DNA from: Gammaproteobacteria bacterium
Lineage (GTDB): Bacteria; Pseudomonadota; Gammaproteobacteria; GCA-001735895
Length of the DNA: 57,814 bases
Direction: 5' to 3'
Assembly: GCA_050298595.1 (NCBI GenBank)
Contig: JBNKUM010000071.1
Span: forward strand, 1-57,814
Of this stretch, positions 1 through 10,880 are shown in pieces. A program made the translations under genes and the position numbers. Position 1 is the first letter of the stretch. Every line of letters starts with the position of its first letter. Under the pieces are notes generated by a model. It did no database searches and had not been told where the DNA came from. It saw nothing but the letters and a program-made list of their open reading frames with translations.

Positions 1-392
1 TGTTTTATGCAGCAGCGATTATATTTTTCTGCTTTTTCTATACCGCGTTGGTTTTCAACTCTAAAGAAACTGCAGATAACTTGAAGAAATCAGGAGCTTT
101 TATTCCGGGTATACGTCCGGGTAAGCAAACAGCTACCTATATAGATGGCGTATTGTCACGCCTGACTCTGGTAGGTGCTTTTTATATCACTCTGGTGTGC
201 TTATTACCTGAGTTCCTGATCTTATTCTGGAATGTACCATTCTATTTTGGTGGTACCTCATTACTGATTATCGTAGTGGTCGTGATGGATTTCATGGCGC
301 AGATTCAGGCTCATTTGATGAGTCATCAATATGATAGCCTGATGAAAAAGACAAATTTTAAAGGTTACGGCAAAAACGGCCCAGGTCGATAG
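1..392 (+). CDS. secY: Preprotein translocase SecY, 3' part (truncated by window start)
   Basis: Frame is open from base 3 ([19 protein letters not shown]...); motifs [10 protein letters not shown] and [14 protein letters not shown]; lies upstream of rpmJ. Confidence 0.97.
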   Translation, partial: FYAAAIIFFCFFYTALVFNSKETADNLKKSGAFIPGIRPGKQTATYIDGVLSRLTLVGAFYITLVCLLPEFLILFWNVPFYFGGTSLLIIVVVVMDFMAQIQAHLMSHQYDSLMKKTNFKGYGKNGPGR

Positions 393-407
393 GAAATAGG
401 TGTTGTT

Positions 408-521
408 ATGAAAGTCAGAGCATCCGTGAAAAAAATGTGCAAGAACTGTAAAGTTATTAGACGAAATGGCTCAGTGCGTGTGATTTGTAAAGATCCCCGT
501 CACAAGCAGCGTCAAGGCTAG
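408..521 (+). CDS. rpmJ: 50S ribosomal protein L36 (not in ORF track)
   Basis: Manual translation [37 protein letters not shown], with Zn-ribbon C/C/C/H; canonical position between secY and rpsM. Confidence 0.97.
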   Translation: MKVRASVKKMCKNCKVIRRNGSVRVICKDPRHKQRQG

Positions 522-560
522 TCTTGCTGGTTAATTATTGAATTGATATTGATGTGTAGG

Positions 561-597
561 TTGATTTTAATGGGATTGTCAGATAATATCTGCGCCC
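561..597 (+). promoter_or_regulatory. Putative sigma70 alpha-operon promoter
   Basis: TTGATT(561)-N17-TAATAT(584) followed by GC-rich CTGCGCCC discriminator upstream of rpsM. Confidence 0.5.
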
Positions 598-636
598 TTT
601 TTTATCGGCCTTAATCCTTCAGGAGATTTTAGTTAT

Positions 637-993
637 ATGGCTCGTATTGCAGGTGTAAATATACCGGACAATAAGCATACAGTGATTGCACTCCAATCCA
701 TTTATGGTATTGGACCCACTCGTTCGTCGACGATCTGTGAGGCTACAGGTATTAATCCTGCGACCAAAATTCGCGAACTGTCAGAAGAACAGCTCGATGC
801 TATTCGCGATCAGGTTAATGGTTTCACAACTGAGGGTGACCTGCGTCGTGAAGTTTCAATGAATATTAAACGTTTGATGGATCTTGGTACTAACCGTGGT
901 ATCCGTCATCGTCGTGGTCTGCCCGTTCGCGGTCAGCGCACCAAGACCAATGCGCGTACGCGTAAGGGTCCAAGACGTCCTATTAAGAGATAA
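637..993 (+). CDS. rpsM: 30S ribosomal protein S13
   Basis: [10 protein letters not shown]...[15 protein letters not shown]. Confidence 0.99.
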   Translation: MARIAGVNIPDNKHTVIALQSIYGIGPTRSSTICEATGINPATKIRELSEEQLDAIRDQVNGFTTEGDLRREVSMNIKRLMDLGTNRGIRHRRGLPVRGQRTKTNARTRKGPRRPIKR

Positions 994-1004
994 CGAGTTT
1001 TATT

Positions 1005-1394
1005 ATGGCTGATAAACCATCACGTTCTAAAAAGAAAGTTAAACGTAATGTATCGGATGGAGTTGCTCACATCCACGCTACGTTTAATAACACGATTATT
1101 ACTATCACCGATCGCCAGGGTAATGCTCTGAGCTGGGCAACTGCAGGTGGATCAGGATTTCGTGGTTCTAGAAAATCTACACCGTTTGCTGCTCAGGTTG
1201 CAGCTGAGCGTGCTGGGCAGGTAGCTCAGGAAATGGGTATGAAGAACCTTGAAGTAATGGTCAAAGGACCAGGCCCTGGTCGCGATTCAGCCGTACGCGC
1301 TTTAAACGCGATCGGATTTAAAATTTCTCGTATCGATGATGTGACACCCATTCCTCATAATGGTTGTCGCCCACCGAAAAAACGCCGCGTTTAG
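1005..1394 (+). CDS. rpsK: 30S ribosomal protein S11
   Basis: [10 protein letters not shown]...RKSTPFAAQ...[13 protein letters not shown]. Confidence 0.99.
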   Translation: MADKPSRSKKKVKRNVSDGVAHIHATFNNTIITITDRQGNALSWATAGGSGFRGSRKSTPFAAQVAAERAGQVAQEMGMKNLEVMVKGPGPGRDSAVRALNAIGFKISRIDDVTPIPHNGCRPPKKRRV

Positions 1395-1407
1395 TTTGGA
1401 GTAAATC

Positions 1408-2034
1408 ATGGCAAGATATATTGGTCCCAAATGTAAACTGATGCGCCGCGAAGGTGTTGATCTCAATCTGAAATCAGCTCGTCGCGCTCTGGATACCAAG
1501 TGTAAGATAGAAAACGTCCCTGGACAACATGGTGCGGCTGCTCGCAAACCTCGTCTGTCAGATTACGGTCTGCAGTTACGTGAAAAGCAGAAACTGAGAA
1601 GAACCTATGGTGTTCTTGAGAAGCAATTCCGGAATTACTATAAGGAAGCTTCACGTCTAAAAGGCTCAACGGGTGAAAACCTTCTACAGCTTTTAGAAAC
1701 TCGTCTCGATAACGTTGTTTACCGTATGGGTTTTGGATCAACTCGTGCTGAAGCTCGTCAGTTAGTGAGTCATAAATCTGTACTGGTTAACGGTAAGTCA
1801 GTAAACATCCCTTCTTACGTTGTTAAGCCAGAAGATGTTATCAGCATTAGAGAAAAATCACGTAAGCAAGCTCGTATCGGTGAGTCTATGGCTCTTGCTG
1901 AACAGGGCGGCTTTCCAGACTGGATTGAAGTAGATCACAGTAAATTTGAAGGAAAATTCAAAGCACTGCCTATGCGTAGTGAATTACCAGCAGATATCAA
2001 TGAGTCTCTGGTTGTGGAACTTTACTCTAAATAA
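1408..2034 (+). CDS. rpsD: 30S ribosomal protein S4
   Basis: [10 protein letters not shown]...[11 protein letters not shown]...VELYSK. Confidence 0.99.
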   Translation: MARYIGPKCKLMRREGVDLNLKSARRALDTKCKIENVPGQHGAAARKPRLSDYGLQLREKQKLRRTYGVLEKQFRNYYKEASRLKGSTGENLLQLLETRLDNVVYRMGFGSTRAEARQLVSHKSVLVNGKSVNIPSYVVKPEDVISIREKSRKQARIGESMALAEQGGFPDWIEVDHSKFEGKFKALPMRSELPADINESLVVELYSK

Positions 2035-2048
2035 TTAACGGGACGACT

Positions 2049-3047
2049 ATGTCATCTAAAACACTTTCTGAATTACTTAAACCTCGTCAGGTTAAAGTTG
2101 AAGAACAACAAACCTACCATGCAAAGGTCTCTATAGAGCCTTTAGAAAGAGGTTTTGGGCATACCTTAGGTAATGCCTTAAGAAGAATTTTACTTTCTTC
2201 AGTACCTGGTTGTGCGATTGTGGATCTTAAAATCGACGGTGTGTTACATGAGTACACTACTATCGATGGTGTTCAGGAAGATGTAATCGATATCATGCTG
2301 AACCTTAAGGGTGTCGGTATCATCATGCATACAAAAGACGAGGCCACTCTGACTTTACGTAAGAAAGGTCCTGGCCCTGTCACTGCAGCTGATATTCAGT
2401 TAGATCATGATATTGAAGTGGTCGATCCTGATTATGTTATCGCTAACATAAATAAAGATATTGAGCTTTCAATGGAGCTACATGTTGTTAAGGGGCGTGG
2501 TTACCAGCCATCTAATACACGCCGATTATCTGAAGAAGAGACTGCTCTGGGTCACCTTCAGTTAGATGCTTCTTTCTCACCAGTACGCAAAGTTGCATAT
2601 TCGGTAGAAGCTGCTCGTGTTGAGCAACGTACCAATCTGGATAAACTGGTTATAGATATTGAAACCAATGGTTCGGTTGATCCTGAAGAAGCCATTCGCA
2701 TTGCGGGTAGTATTCTTAAAGATCAGCTTTCTGTATTTGTTAATCTTGAAGGTTCTGAAGAAGAAGTTCAGGAAGAGCCTGAATCACAGATTGATCCAAT
2801 CCTGTTACGTCCAGTTGATGATCTTGAACTTACTGTTCGTTCAGCAAACTGTCTGAAAGCAGAAAATATTTATTACATTGGTGATTTGATTCAACGTACA
2901 GAAGTTGAATTGCTCAAAACACCTAATCTGGGTAAAAAGTCCCTGACAGAAATCAAAGACGTACTTGCTTCTTATGGACTGTCACTTGGTATGCGTCTGG
3001 AAAACTGGCCGCCACCAAATATTGAAAGCGACAAATTAGCAAGTTAG
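2049..3047 (+). CDS. rpoA: RNA polymerase alpha subunit
   Basis: [22 protein letters not shown]; [15 protein letters not shown]. Confidence 0.99.
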   Translation: MSSKTLSELLKPRQVKVEEQQTYHAKVSIEPLERGFGHTLGNALRRILLSSVPGCAIVDLKIDGVLHEYTTIDGVQEDVIDIMLNLKGVGIIMHTKDEATLTLRKKGPGPVTAADIQLDHDIEVVDPDYVIANINKDIELSMELHVVKGRGYQPSNTRRLSEEETALGHLQLDASFSPVRKVAYSVEAARVEQRTNLDKLVIDIETNGSVDPEEAIRIAGSILKDQLSVFVNLEGSEEEVQEEPESQIDPILLRPVDDLELTVRSANCLKAENIYYIGDLIQRTEVELLKTPNLGKKSLTEIKDVLASYGLSLGMRLENWPPPNIESDKLAS

Positions 3048-3078
3048 TCAGTTAGAAAGTTAATAGAGGTTTATTGAA

Positions 3079-3444
3079 ATGCGTCATCGTAAAAGCGGTC
3101 GTCAGCTTAACCGTAAAAGTCCTCATCGCAAAGCGATGTTCAAGAATATGGCTGCGTCCTTATTCGACCATGAGGTGATTAAAACAACTCTGCCTAAGGC
3201 GAAAGAATTACGTCGTGTTGCAGAACCACTGATTACCCTGGCTAAAGAAGATAGCGTTGCTAATCGTCGCCTGGCCTTTAGTCGTCTGCGTGATAAAGCA
3301 GTAGTGGGTAAGTTATTCACAGATCTGGGACCTCGCTATAAGGCTCGTCCTGGTGGGTATCTGCGTATCCTTAAGTGCGGCTTCCGTTCTGGAGATAAAG
3401 CACCTATGGCCTATGTAGAGCTGGTGGATCGCCCTGAGGCTTAA
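3079..3444 (+). CDS. rplQ: 50S ribosomal protein L17
   Basis: [12 protein letters not shown]...[10 protein letters not shown]...[10 protein letters not shown]. Confidence 0.99.
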   Translation: MRHRKSGRQLNRKSPHRKAMFKNMAASLFDHEVIKTTLPKAKELRRVAEPLITLAKEDSVANRRLAFSRLRDKAVVGKLFTDLGPRYKARPGGYLRILKCGFRSGDKAPMAYVELVDRPEA

Positions 3445-3463
3445 GCTTTAGAGTTTTGCTTAT

Positions 3464-3493
3464 TAAAAAGGCCGCTTTAAGCGGCCTTTTTTA
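3464..3493. terminator. Bidirectional intrinsic terminator between rplQ and manB
   Basis: AAAAAGGCCGC-TTTAA-GCGGCCTTTTTT hairpin with A and T tracts on either side, between convergent genes. Confidence 0.9.
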
Positions 3494-3518
3494 TGTATTC
3501 AGTTAGCTTTTTATCTGA

Positions 3519-4880
3519 TTAACTATATTGCTTTATTAGATCTAACAATAAGTCTCGCTTTTGTTCCATTAACGCGATATCTCCGCGTGATTCTACATTC
3601 AGTCTTAACAGGGGTTCAGTATTTGAACTACGGATATTAAAGCGCCAGGTTTCAAAGCTGACTCCAATTCCATCAGTTTCATCTAATTCAAAAGTCTCGC
3701 TTTCAAAATATTTTAACACTGCTTCAATCACGGTTTTAGCATCTGATACTTCTGAATTGATCTCACCGCTAACTGGGTAGGCATCTATACGCTCGTCGAC
3801 CAGTTGCGCAAGGCTCTTATTTTGCTCACTCATCATTTCTGTGAGTAATATCCAGGGCACCATACCACTATCGCAATATCCAAAATCACGGAAGAAATGA
3901 TGGGCGCTCATTTCACCGCCGTAGATTGCATTTTCCTCGCGCATGGTTTCCTTCATAAATGCATGCCCTGATTTGCTCTGGATTGCCGTCCCACCATTCT
4001 CCAGAGCCATATCCTGTGTGTTCCAGATCAGACGTGGGTCATGAACAATTTTTTCACCAGGATGCTGTTGAAGCATTTGTGCGCCTAGTAGACCTACGAT
4101 GTAATAGCCTTCAATAAAGCGACCGTTTCCATCGAACAGAAAGCAGCGATCGAAGTCGCCATCCCAGGCTATACCAAAATCTGCACCATGCTCAATAATG
4201 GCTTCTATGGTTGCAGCGCGCCCCTCAGGCAGTAAAGGATTGGGTACACCATTCGGGAAACGGCCATCAGGTTCGTGCTGGATTTTAATAAACTGTAAGG
4301 GAAGGTGCTTTTCCAGTAGATCTAAAACTGGCCCTGCGATGCCATTACCGCTATTTGCAACAACCTTGAATGGTTGCAAACCCTCTGGTGAACGAAGGTA
4401 TGATAATAAGTGTTTTATATAGGCTTCACTCAGGTCGGTTTGGATCATTTCACCTTTGTGTTCACATTCACTAAAAATATTCTTCTCTGCTAATTGATGA
4501 ATATCTTTTAACCCAGAATCTCCACTCAGTGGTTTAGCGTTTTTAGCAACGAACTTGAAACCATTGTAGTCAACAGGATTGTGGCTGGCGGTAATCATTA
4601 TGCCGCCATCAAGCGACAGATGGAATGCCGCGAAATAGACCTGTTCAGTGCCGCATATTCCTAAATCAAGTACATCAACGCCACTGTCCATAAGGCCTTT
4701 GCTGAGGGCATCGAAAAGGGCGTCACTGCTTAGGCGAACATCCCGCCCGATGGCGACTTTTTGTGGTTTTAGATATTCGGCATAAGCTCGACCGATACGA
4801 TAGGCGATATCGTCATTCAGTTCGCTCGGCACCTTGCCACGTACGTCATAGGCTTTGAAGCAGGTGATTGTTTGATTCAT
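3519..4880 (-). CDS. manB: Phosphomannomutase (CpsG/ManB type)
   Basis: FKAYDVRG, ITASHNP phosphoserine loop, DGDFDR metal loop, GEMSAH, RSSNTEP. Confidence 0.93.
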   Translation of the reverse strand: MNQTITCFKAYDVRGKVPSELNDDIAYRIGRAYAEYLKPQKVAIGRDVRLSSDALFDALSKGLMDSGVDVLDLGICGTEQVYFAAFHLSLDGGIMITASHNPVDYNGFKFVAKNAKPLSGDSGLKDIHQLAEKNIFSECEHKGEMIQTDLSEAYIKHLLSYLRSPEGLQPFKVVANSGNGIAGPVLDLLEKHLPLQFIKIQHEPDGRFPNGVPNPLLPEGRAATIEAIIEHGADFGIAWDGDFDRCFLFDGNGRFIEGYYIVGLLGAQMLQQHPGEKIVHDPRLIWNTQDMALENGGTAIQSKSGHAFMKETMREENAIYGGEMSAHHFFRDFGYCDSGMVPWILLTEMMSEQNKSLAQLVDERIDAYPVSGEINSEVSDAKTVIEAVLKYFESETFELDETDGIGVSFETWRFNIRSSNTEPLLRLNVESRGDIALMEQKRDLLLDLIKQYS

Positions 4881-4924
4881 ATGTTTTTCCTGATAGTTAA
4901 TTTAAATTTTTCAGAGAAAAGGAG

Positions 4925-7750
4925 TTATTGCTTGAGTATCTCTTTTAAATACTGACCTGTGTACGACAGCTTAACTTTTGCAACCTGTTCTGGTGTACCT
5001 GTAGCAATTATTTCACCACCTTTTCCGCCACCTTCTGGCCCCAGATCGATGATCCAGTCTGCGGTCTTTATTACATGCAGGTTATGTTCGATGACGACTA
5101 TAGTATTACCGTGATCACGCAGTCGATGCAGGACTTTGAGTAATTGTTCCACATCGTGAAAATGCAGTCCGGTGGTTGGTTCATCCAGAATATACAGCGT
5201 ATTACCCGTATCGCGTTTGGAAAGTTCACGTGACAACTTGATTCTCTGTGCTTCTCCCCCTGACAGGGTAGTAGCGTTTTGACCCAGTGTAATATAGCTT
5301 AACCCTACATCCATTAGTGTTTCCAGTTTGCGCTTTATCACCGGTATGGATTTGAAGAAATCGAGAGCATCTTCTACAGTCAGTTCCAGCACTTGATGGA
5401 TATTTTTTCCTTTAAATAGAATATCCAGTGTTTCGCGATTGTAGCGCTTGCCCTTACAGACATCGCAGGTGACGTAAACATCGGGCAGGAAGTGCATCTC
5501 AACCTTGGTTACGCCGTCACCCTGACAGGCCTCACAGCGACCACCCTTAACATTGAAGCTGAAGCGCCCCGGTTTGTAACCACGAGATCGCGCTTCCTGG
5601 GTGCCTGAGAATAATTCACGAATCGGGGTGAAAAGTCCGGTATAGGTGGCTGGGTTGGATCTTGGAGTGCGGCCTATGGGGCTTTGATCTATATCTATGA
5701 CCTTGTCAAAATGATCAAAGCCAGAAAACTTGCCGTGTGCCGCCGGATGAAGAGCGCTTTTATTGATTTCTATGGCTGCCAGTTTGTACAGGGTCTCGTT
5801 GATCAGGGTGGATTTACCAGAACCTGAGACACCAGTGATACAGGTGAACAGGCCGACAGGTAGTTCCAGATGTACCTTTTTTAGATTATTACCGGAGGCC
5901 TGATGGACATGGACTAGCTGGTCTTTATTAAAGGGCACTCTTTTTTTCGGAATAGCAATGGATCGAGTGCCGCTTAGATATTGACCGGTTAGTGATTTGG
6001 GGTTGTTAGCGATTTGTTTTGCGGTACCTTCGGCGATAACCTCGCCGCCATGAACGCCCGCTCCGGGGCCTATATCGACGATGTAGTCGGCTGAGGCTAT
6101 GGCATCTTCATCATGTTCAACCACAATAACCGTATTGCCCAGGTCGCGCAGGAAGGTCAGGGTTTTCAATAGACGGTCATTATCTCGTTGATGCAGGCCT
6201 ATCGAAGGTTCATCCAGAATATACATGACGCCAACCAGTCCGGCACCTATTTGGCTAGCGAGTCTGATGCGCTGGGCTTCACCGCCAGACAGGGTTTCTG
6301 CACTACGGCTGAGCGATAAATAATCGAGTCCTACATTGACCAGAAAGCTAAGTCGCTCCTTGATTTCTTTGGTGATTTTTTCGGCGATCTTACCTTTGCT
6401 GCCCCTGATTTTGAGTTTGTTGAAAAACTCCAACGCTTCTCCTATGGGTAAGTCGGCAATTTCCGGCAAAGTGATCTTATTGATAAAAACATGACGAGCG
6501 GATTTGTTAAGTCTTTTACCTTCGCAGGTCTGACAGAAGGTATCGGTCAGGTATTTGGCAAGTTCTTCGCGCACCACGTTGGAGTCGGTATCGCGGTAGC
6601 GGCGTTTCATATTCGGAAGTATGCCTTCGAATGGTTGTACCTGAACTCTACGGTCTCCGCGCTCGTTGATGTAAACAAAGCGAATATCTTCGCTGGAGCC
6701 ATTCAGGATCACATTCTGGACTTTTTTAGTGAGCTTGGAATAGGGTGTTTCTACATCAAATTTATAATGTTTGGCCAGCGAGGTGAGCATCTGGAAATAG
6801 TAGCCATTACGTCGGTCCCAGCCGCGAATGGCGCCACCGGCGAGGCTTAAATCAGGCGATTTTACAACCAGGTCGGGATCAAAAAATTGCATAGTACCAA
6901 GCCCGTCACAATCAGGGCAGGCACCCATGGGGCTGTTGAATGAGAATAATCGCGGCTCCAGTTCGGTGAGCGAGTATCCGCATGTCGGACAGGCAAAGTT
7001 GGCAGAGAAGGTCAGTTCTTCGAATTTGTCATCTGCGCTCATCGATGCGACTCGAACAATACCGTCGGTCATCTGCAAAGCGGTTTCAAAGGATTCTGCA
7101 AGACGTTGCTTGATATCTTCACGCACCTTGAAGCGATCGATAACGACTTCGATAGTATGTTTCTTACGCAGATCAAGTTTGGGAGGTTCATCCAGCTCGT
7201 AGACTTCACCATCGATACGCGCACGCAGGTAACCCTGGCGTTGCAGGGTTTCAAGCAATTGAACGTGTTCACCTTTACGGTTACTGACTACTGGGGCCAG
7301 TAGCATCAATCTATAGTCAGGAGATAATTGCATCACTTGATCCACCATTTGACTGATGGTGCTCGCTTCCAGTGCAATATCATGATCCGGACAGCGTGGC
7401 GTTCCGGCACGCGCAAATAACAGGCGCAGGTAATCATAGATTTCGGTAATGGTGCCTACGGTTGAACGCGGATTATGCGAGGTGGTTTTCTGTTCAATGG
7501 ATATTGCTGGTGACAGGCCTTCGATATGATCGATGTCGGGCTTTTCCATCACAGACAAAAACTGACGCGCGTAGGTTGATAGCGATTCAACATAACGCCG
7601 CTGACCTTCGGCGAAGATAGTATCGAAGGCGAGCGAGGATTTTCCTGACCCCGATAGTCCGGTAATGACGATCAGTTTATCGCGCGGCAAGGTCAGGTCG
7701 ATATTTTTCAGGTTATGCGTTCGAGCACCCCTGATAGTGATGAAATCCAT
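4925..7750 (-). CDS. uvrA: Excinuclease ABC subunit A
   Basis: Two Walker A motifs ([18 protein letters not shown]), LSGGEAQRI signatures, Zn fingers, 941 aa. Confidence 0.99.
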   Translation of the reverse strand: MDFITIRGARTHNLKNIDLTLPRDKLIVITGLSGSGKSSLAFDTIFAEGQRRYVESLSTYARQFLSVMEKPDIDHIEGLSPAISIEQKTTSHNPRSTVGTITEIYDYLRLLFARAGTPRCPDHDIALEASTISQMVDQVMQLSPDYRLMLLAPVVSNRKGEHVQLLETLQRQGYLRARIDGEVYELDEPPKLDLRKKHTIEVVIDRFKVREDIKQRLAESFETALQMTDGIVRVASMSADDKFEELTFSANFACPTCGYSLTELEPRLFSFNSPMGACPDCDGLGTMQFFDPDLVVKSPDLSLAGGAIRGWDRRNGYYFQMLTSLAKHYKFDVETPYSKLTKKVQNVILNGSSEDIRFVYINERGDRRVQVQPFEGILPNMKRRYRDTDSNVVREELAKYLTDTFCQTCEGKRLNKSARHVFINKITLPEIADLPIGEALEFFNKLKIRGSKGKIAEKITKEIKERLSFLVNVGLDYLSLSRSAETLSGGEAQRIRLASQIGAGLVGVMYILDEPSIGLHQRDNDRLLKTLTFLRDLGNTVIVVEHDEDAIASADYIVDIGPGAGVHGGEVIAEGTAKQIANNPKSLTGQYLSGTRSIAIPKKRVPFNKDQLVHVHQASGNNLKKVHLELPVGLFTCITGVSGSGKSTLINETLYKLAAIEINKSALHPAAHGKFSGFDHFDKVIDIDQSPIGRTPRSNPATYTGLFTPIRELFSGTQEARSRGYKPGRFSFNVKGGRCEACQGDGVTKVEMHFLPDVYVTCDVCKGKRYNRETLDILFKGKNIHQVLELTVEDALDFFKSIPVIKRKLETLMDVGLSYITLGQNATTLSGGEAQRIKLSRELSKRDTGNTLYILDEPTTGLHFHDVEQLLKVLHRLRDHGNTIVVIEHNLHVIKTADWIIDLGPEGGGKGGEIIATGTPEQVAKVKLSYTGQYLKEILKQ

Positions 7751-7887
7751 AAATCTACAACATGTGAAAAACTCACTATTCTAAACCAGTTTTATTTTTA
7801 ATGTACCTGTCCAATTGATATTGGCACTAATATCGTTGGGCGATATGTTTGTGCTAACATTGAACTCTTTTTTTCTGTTCGCCTCTT

Positions 7888-9246
7888 ATGTTCATGCTGT
7901 TGAAAACTGAAAAACGAGCTATGTTCTCGCTAGCGCTGGTGTATGCCTTTCGTATGGTTGGTTTGTTTATGATCCTGCCGGTTTTTTCGCTATATGCGCA
8001 GGAATATACTGGTGCAACACCGGTGCTGGTAGGGCTGGCAATTGGTATCTATGGTCTTACCCAGGGATTGTTTCAGTTGCCGTTTGGTTTTCTATCAGAT
8101 CGGGTAGGGCGAAAAAAAATGATCGTGCTGGGTTTGCTCCTTTTTTGTGCAGGCAGTGTACTGGCCGCAATGGCCGATACTATCTATGCCATTATCGCAG
8201 GACGAGGGCTGCAGGGCATGGGAGCTATAGCAGCCGTAGTGATGGCTCTAGCAGCCGACCTGACGCGTGAAGAGGTACGCATGCGTATTATGGCGGTAAT
8301 CGGTATGTCTATCGGCCTGGCTTTTATGTTTTCAATGGTAGTGGGGCCTGTACTGGCCGGTTCTATTGGTATCTCGGGTATATTCTGGGTGACTGCAGGT
8401 CTTGCCTTGTTGAGTATCTTGCTGGTGCTCAGCATAACACCTACGCCACCACAGCAGGGCTTTCATCGTGATGCTCAATTATCCCTGTCCGACCTGTCAC
8501 GTGTGATCGCCAGTCGTGAGTTATTGCGCCTGGATTTTGGTGTATTTGTGTTGCATATGATACTTGCTGCGACCTTTGTACTTTTTCCTCTGGTGTTGCG
8601 TGACCACCTGAATGTGCATGTGGATGAACACTGGAAAACCTATCTACCAGTTTTTATCCTGTCCATAGTGTTAATGATGCCCATGATTTTGACGGCGGAA
8701 AAAAGGCGCAAGATGAAGATCATGTTTGTAATCGGAATATCATTGGTGGCTTTATCTGAATTCGGGCTATACCTGTTCGATAGCTATGGCCTGGTATTTG
8801 CCATGCTGGTGCTGTTTTTTTCCGGTTTTAATTTTCTCGAAGCTTCTATGCCCTCTCTGGTGGCCAAGATTGCACCTGCAGATATGAAAGGTTCAGCAAT
8901 GGGGCTGTTTTCGGCCTCGCAATTTCTCGGCGCGTTCTGTGGTGGCCTGCTAGGGGGAACTATGCTGGCCTACGATTCATCGAAACCTGCATTCTTCGAG
9001 CTGGGTTTGATCGCTTTGCTCTGGGTAGCTGTGGCCCTGTTTATGAAGAACCCAAAGGCGCTCACCTCACGTATCGTCTCATTGCAGGGTATGGATGATT
9101 CGGCGTTACAGAGTTTTCGCCAGAAGGTTGAAATATTGCCAGGTGTACAGGAGGTTTCCGTATATCTGGATGATCGTATGGCCTATTTGAAGATAGATAA
9201 AAAGTTGTTCGCTGATGAGGATTTGGATCGGTTGTTGCTGGGGTAG
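7888..9246 (+). CDS. yajR: MFS transporter (YajR-like, with C-terminal ferredoxin-like domain)
   Basis: MFS motif A GFLSDRVGRKK; about 12 hydrophobic segments; canonical uvrA-MFS-ssb synteny. Confidence 0.85.
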   Translation: MFMLLKTEKRAMFSLALVYAFRMVGLFMILPVFSLYAQEYTGATPVLVGLAIGIYGLTQGLFQLPFGFLSDRVGRKKMIVLGLLLFCAGSVLAAMADTIYAIIAGRGLQGMGAIAAVVMALAADLTREEVRMRIMAVIGMSIGLAFMFSMVVGPVLAGSIGISGIFWVTAGLALLSILLVLSITPTPPQQGFHRDAQLSLSDLSRVIASRELLRLDFGVFVLHMILAATFVLFPLVLRDHLNVHVDEHWKTYLPVFILSIVLMMPMILTAEKRRKMKIMFVIGISLVALSEFGLYLFDSYGLVFAMLVLFFSGFNFLEASMPSLVAKIAPADMKGSAMGLFSASQFLGAFCGGLLGGTMLAYDSSKPAFFELGLIALLWVAVALFMKNPKALTSRIVSLQGMDDSALQSFRQKVEILPGVQEVSVYLDDRMAYLKIDKKLFADEDLDRLLLG

Positions 9247-9268
9247 CTCGATAAATATGAAATAATGC

Positions 9269-9373
9269 TTGCAATTCAATCGTTTAAAGTTAATCTTTTC
9301 AGGGCAGGAGAGTTTTCCCTGTAGGAGTCCTAACGGACAGATTCAATCGGACTTGAATATACATGGAGTCATA
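9269..9373 (+). promoter_or_regulatory. Putative comEA promoter and GGA-rich (CsrA/RsmA-type) leader
   Basis: TTGCAA(9269)-N16-TAATCT(9291); GGA at 9307, 9324, 9335, 9349 and 9365; hairpin ATTCAA-TCGGAC-TTGAAT. Confidence 0.5.
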
Positions 9374-9631
9374 ATGAAATTTTCAAAAATCGCAGTATCT
9401 TCACTTTTAATTTTTTCAGGCAATATTTTTGCTTCCCCGGTCAATATCAATACCGCATCAGCCAGCGAGATTGCAGGAGCTTTAACTGGTGTTGGGCAGA
9501 GCAAGGCCGAGGCGATAATCGCTTATCGCCAGCAAAAGGGTGAATTCAAAAAGGCCAGTGATATCGTGCAGGTAAAAGGTATTGGTTCATCCATTTATGA
9601 AAAAAACAAAAATGATATTCTTTTGAAATAA
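9374..9631 (+). CDS. comEA: ComEA family helix-hairpin-helix DNA-binding protein with signal peptide
   Basis: Start moved to ATG 9374 (GGAG RBS); signal peptide MKFSKIAV...IFA; VNINTASASEI, GVGQSKAEAIIAYR and VKGIG HhH motifs. Confidence 0.9.
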   Translation: MKFSKIAVSSLLIFSGNIFASPVNINTASASEIAGALTGVGQSKAEAIIAYRQQKGEFKKASDIVQVKGIGSSIYEKNKNDILLK

Positions 9632-9662
9632 TTGCAGGGTGGAGCAGTAACGGCAAGGATGC

Positions 9663-9717
9663 TTAAGGCACCTCTGACCCAGAGATACAACATAATTGGT
9701 CAGAAGTGCCTTAATTT
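9663..9717 (+). terminator. Long inverted repeat after comEA (terminator or stability hairpin)
   Basis: TTAAGGCACCTCTGACC-N18-GGTCAGAAGTGCCTTAA, 16/17 paired, followed by TTT. Confidence 0.55.
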
Positions 9718-9803
9718 CAAATTTATTCCCGAAATTAACATTAGTACTCGTACCTGATTTAACTAGCACTTACAATACGCTGGTTTTTTCATTTAATAGC
9801 CCC

Positions 9804-10763
9804 ATGACAGCTTTCGACCTATTCAATGGTGATGCCGATGGCATCTGTTCATTGCAGCAACTTCGCTTGCATTCACCACTTAAAGCCCAGCTGATTACCG
9901 GGCTAAAACGCGATATCAACCTGTTTTCCCAAATCCAGGCCCAGGCAGGAGATAAAATTACTGCACTGGATATCTCTTTCGATAAAAATCGAGCAGGTGT
10001 ACAGGCCGCTGTGGATGCGGGTGCTAGTGTTTTTTATGCTGATCATCATTTTGCTGGCGAATTAATCGAGTCGGATGCTCTCGATCTACATATCCATACC
10101 GATACAGATACCTGTACTAGCTTGATTATCAATTCATTATTGAAAGATCGTTATTATGCCTGGGCGCTTGCCGGTAGTTATGGCGATAATCTGTATGATT
10201 CTGCGAATAAGCTTGCTGATCGTATGCAGGTTGATGTTAATGATCGTGAAGCGCTTAAGCTTTTGGGTACGGTGCTTAATTATAACGGCTATGGGTTTAC
10301 CCTCGACGATTTGATCTACCATCCAGCAGAGTTGTACCGTCTATTGCAATCCTTTGAAAATCCACTGGATTTTATTCAAACCGATCATTACCTGCGCCTG
10401 CTGAATGCCTATCAGAATGACCTGAAACATACCCGTGAATTAAATGCATTACATGAGAAAGATAATGGAGCGATCTTCGTGCTGCCCAACGAAGCCTGGG
10501 CCAGGCGCGTAAACGGAGTGTTTTCAAATGATCTGGCGCGAGACTTTACCGCGCGAGCCCATGCGGTTCTGGTGAAATTTGAGGGAGATAGCTACCGAGT
10601 AAGCGTTCGAGCGCCGCTGGATAATAAAACCGGTGCAGATGAGCTATGTCGACAGTTTGAAGGTGGTGGTGGACGTAAAGCAGCGGCAGGTATTAATGAG
10701 TTGCCAGAGTCTGAACTGGAACGTTTCAGAGAGCTGTTTTTTGACTCATTTCGGGCTGTTTGA
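9804..10763 (+). CDS. DHH/DHHA1 family phosphoesterase
   Basis: Likely start MTAFDLFNGDADG; DxDG, ALDIS, ADHH motifs and C-terminal GGGRKAAAG (DHHA1). Confidence 0.88.
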   Translation: MTAFDLFNGDADGICSLQQLRLHSPLKAQLITGLKRDINLFSQIQAQAGDKITALDISFDKNRAGVQAAVDAGASVFYADHHFAGELIESDALDLHIHTDTDTCTSLIINSLLKDRYYAWALAGSYGDNLYDSANKLADRMQVDVNDREALKLLGTVLNYNGYGFTLDDLIYHPAELYRLLQSFENPLDFIQTDHYLRLLNAYQNDLKHTRELNALHEKDNGAIFVLPNEAWARRVNGVFSNDLARDFTARAHAVLVKFEGDSYRVSVRAPLDNKTGADELCRQFEGGGGRKAAAGINELPESELERFRELFFDSFRAV

Positions 10764-10800
10764 TCTGGGGCAATACCGTTTATAACCTAATAAGTTTAAC

Positions 10801-10842
10801 GCCCTCGAATTGTGAGGGCTAAATGTGTAGACTATGCGCGCC
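10801..10842 (+). promoter_or_regulatory. Putative ssb promoter (extended -10 TGTG-TAGACT plus GC discriminator)
   Basis: TAAATGTGTAGACTATGCGCGCC upstream of ssb; a near-identical copy occurs at 31078-31100. Confidence 0.5.
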
Positions 10843-10880
10843 GTTAATTCTGCGGCATCAGAATAACTCAGGGGATCAAT

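Noticed and set aside
6491-7303. Several 65-124 aa ORFs inside uvrA
   Set aside because: Overlap a conserved gene; no independent coding evidence
7751-7887. LexA box in the uvrA promoter region
   Set aside because: No CTG-N10-CAG match found by eye; only a weak imperfect palindrome at about 7811-7839
9269-9803. Long N-terminal extensions of comEA and DHH ORFs from TTG starts
   Set aside because: Downstream ATGs (9374, 9804) match the family N-termini; the extensions overlap regulatory hairpins
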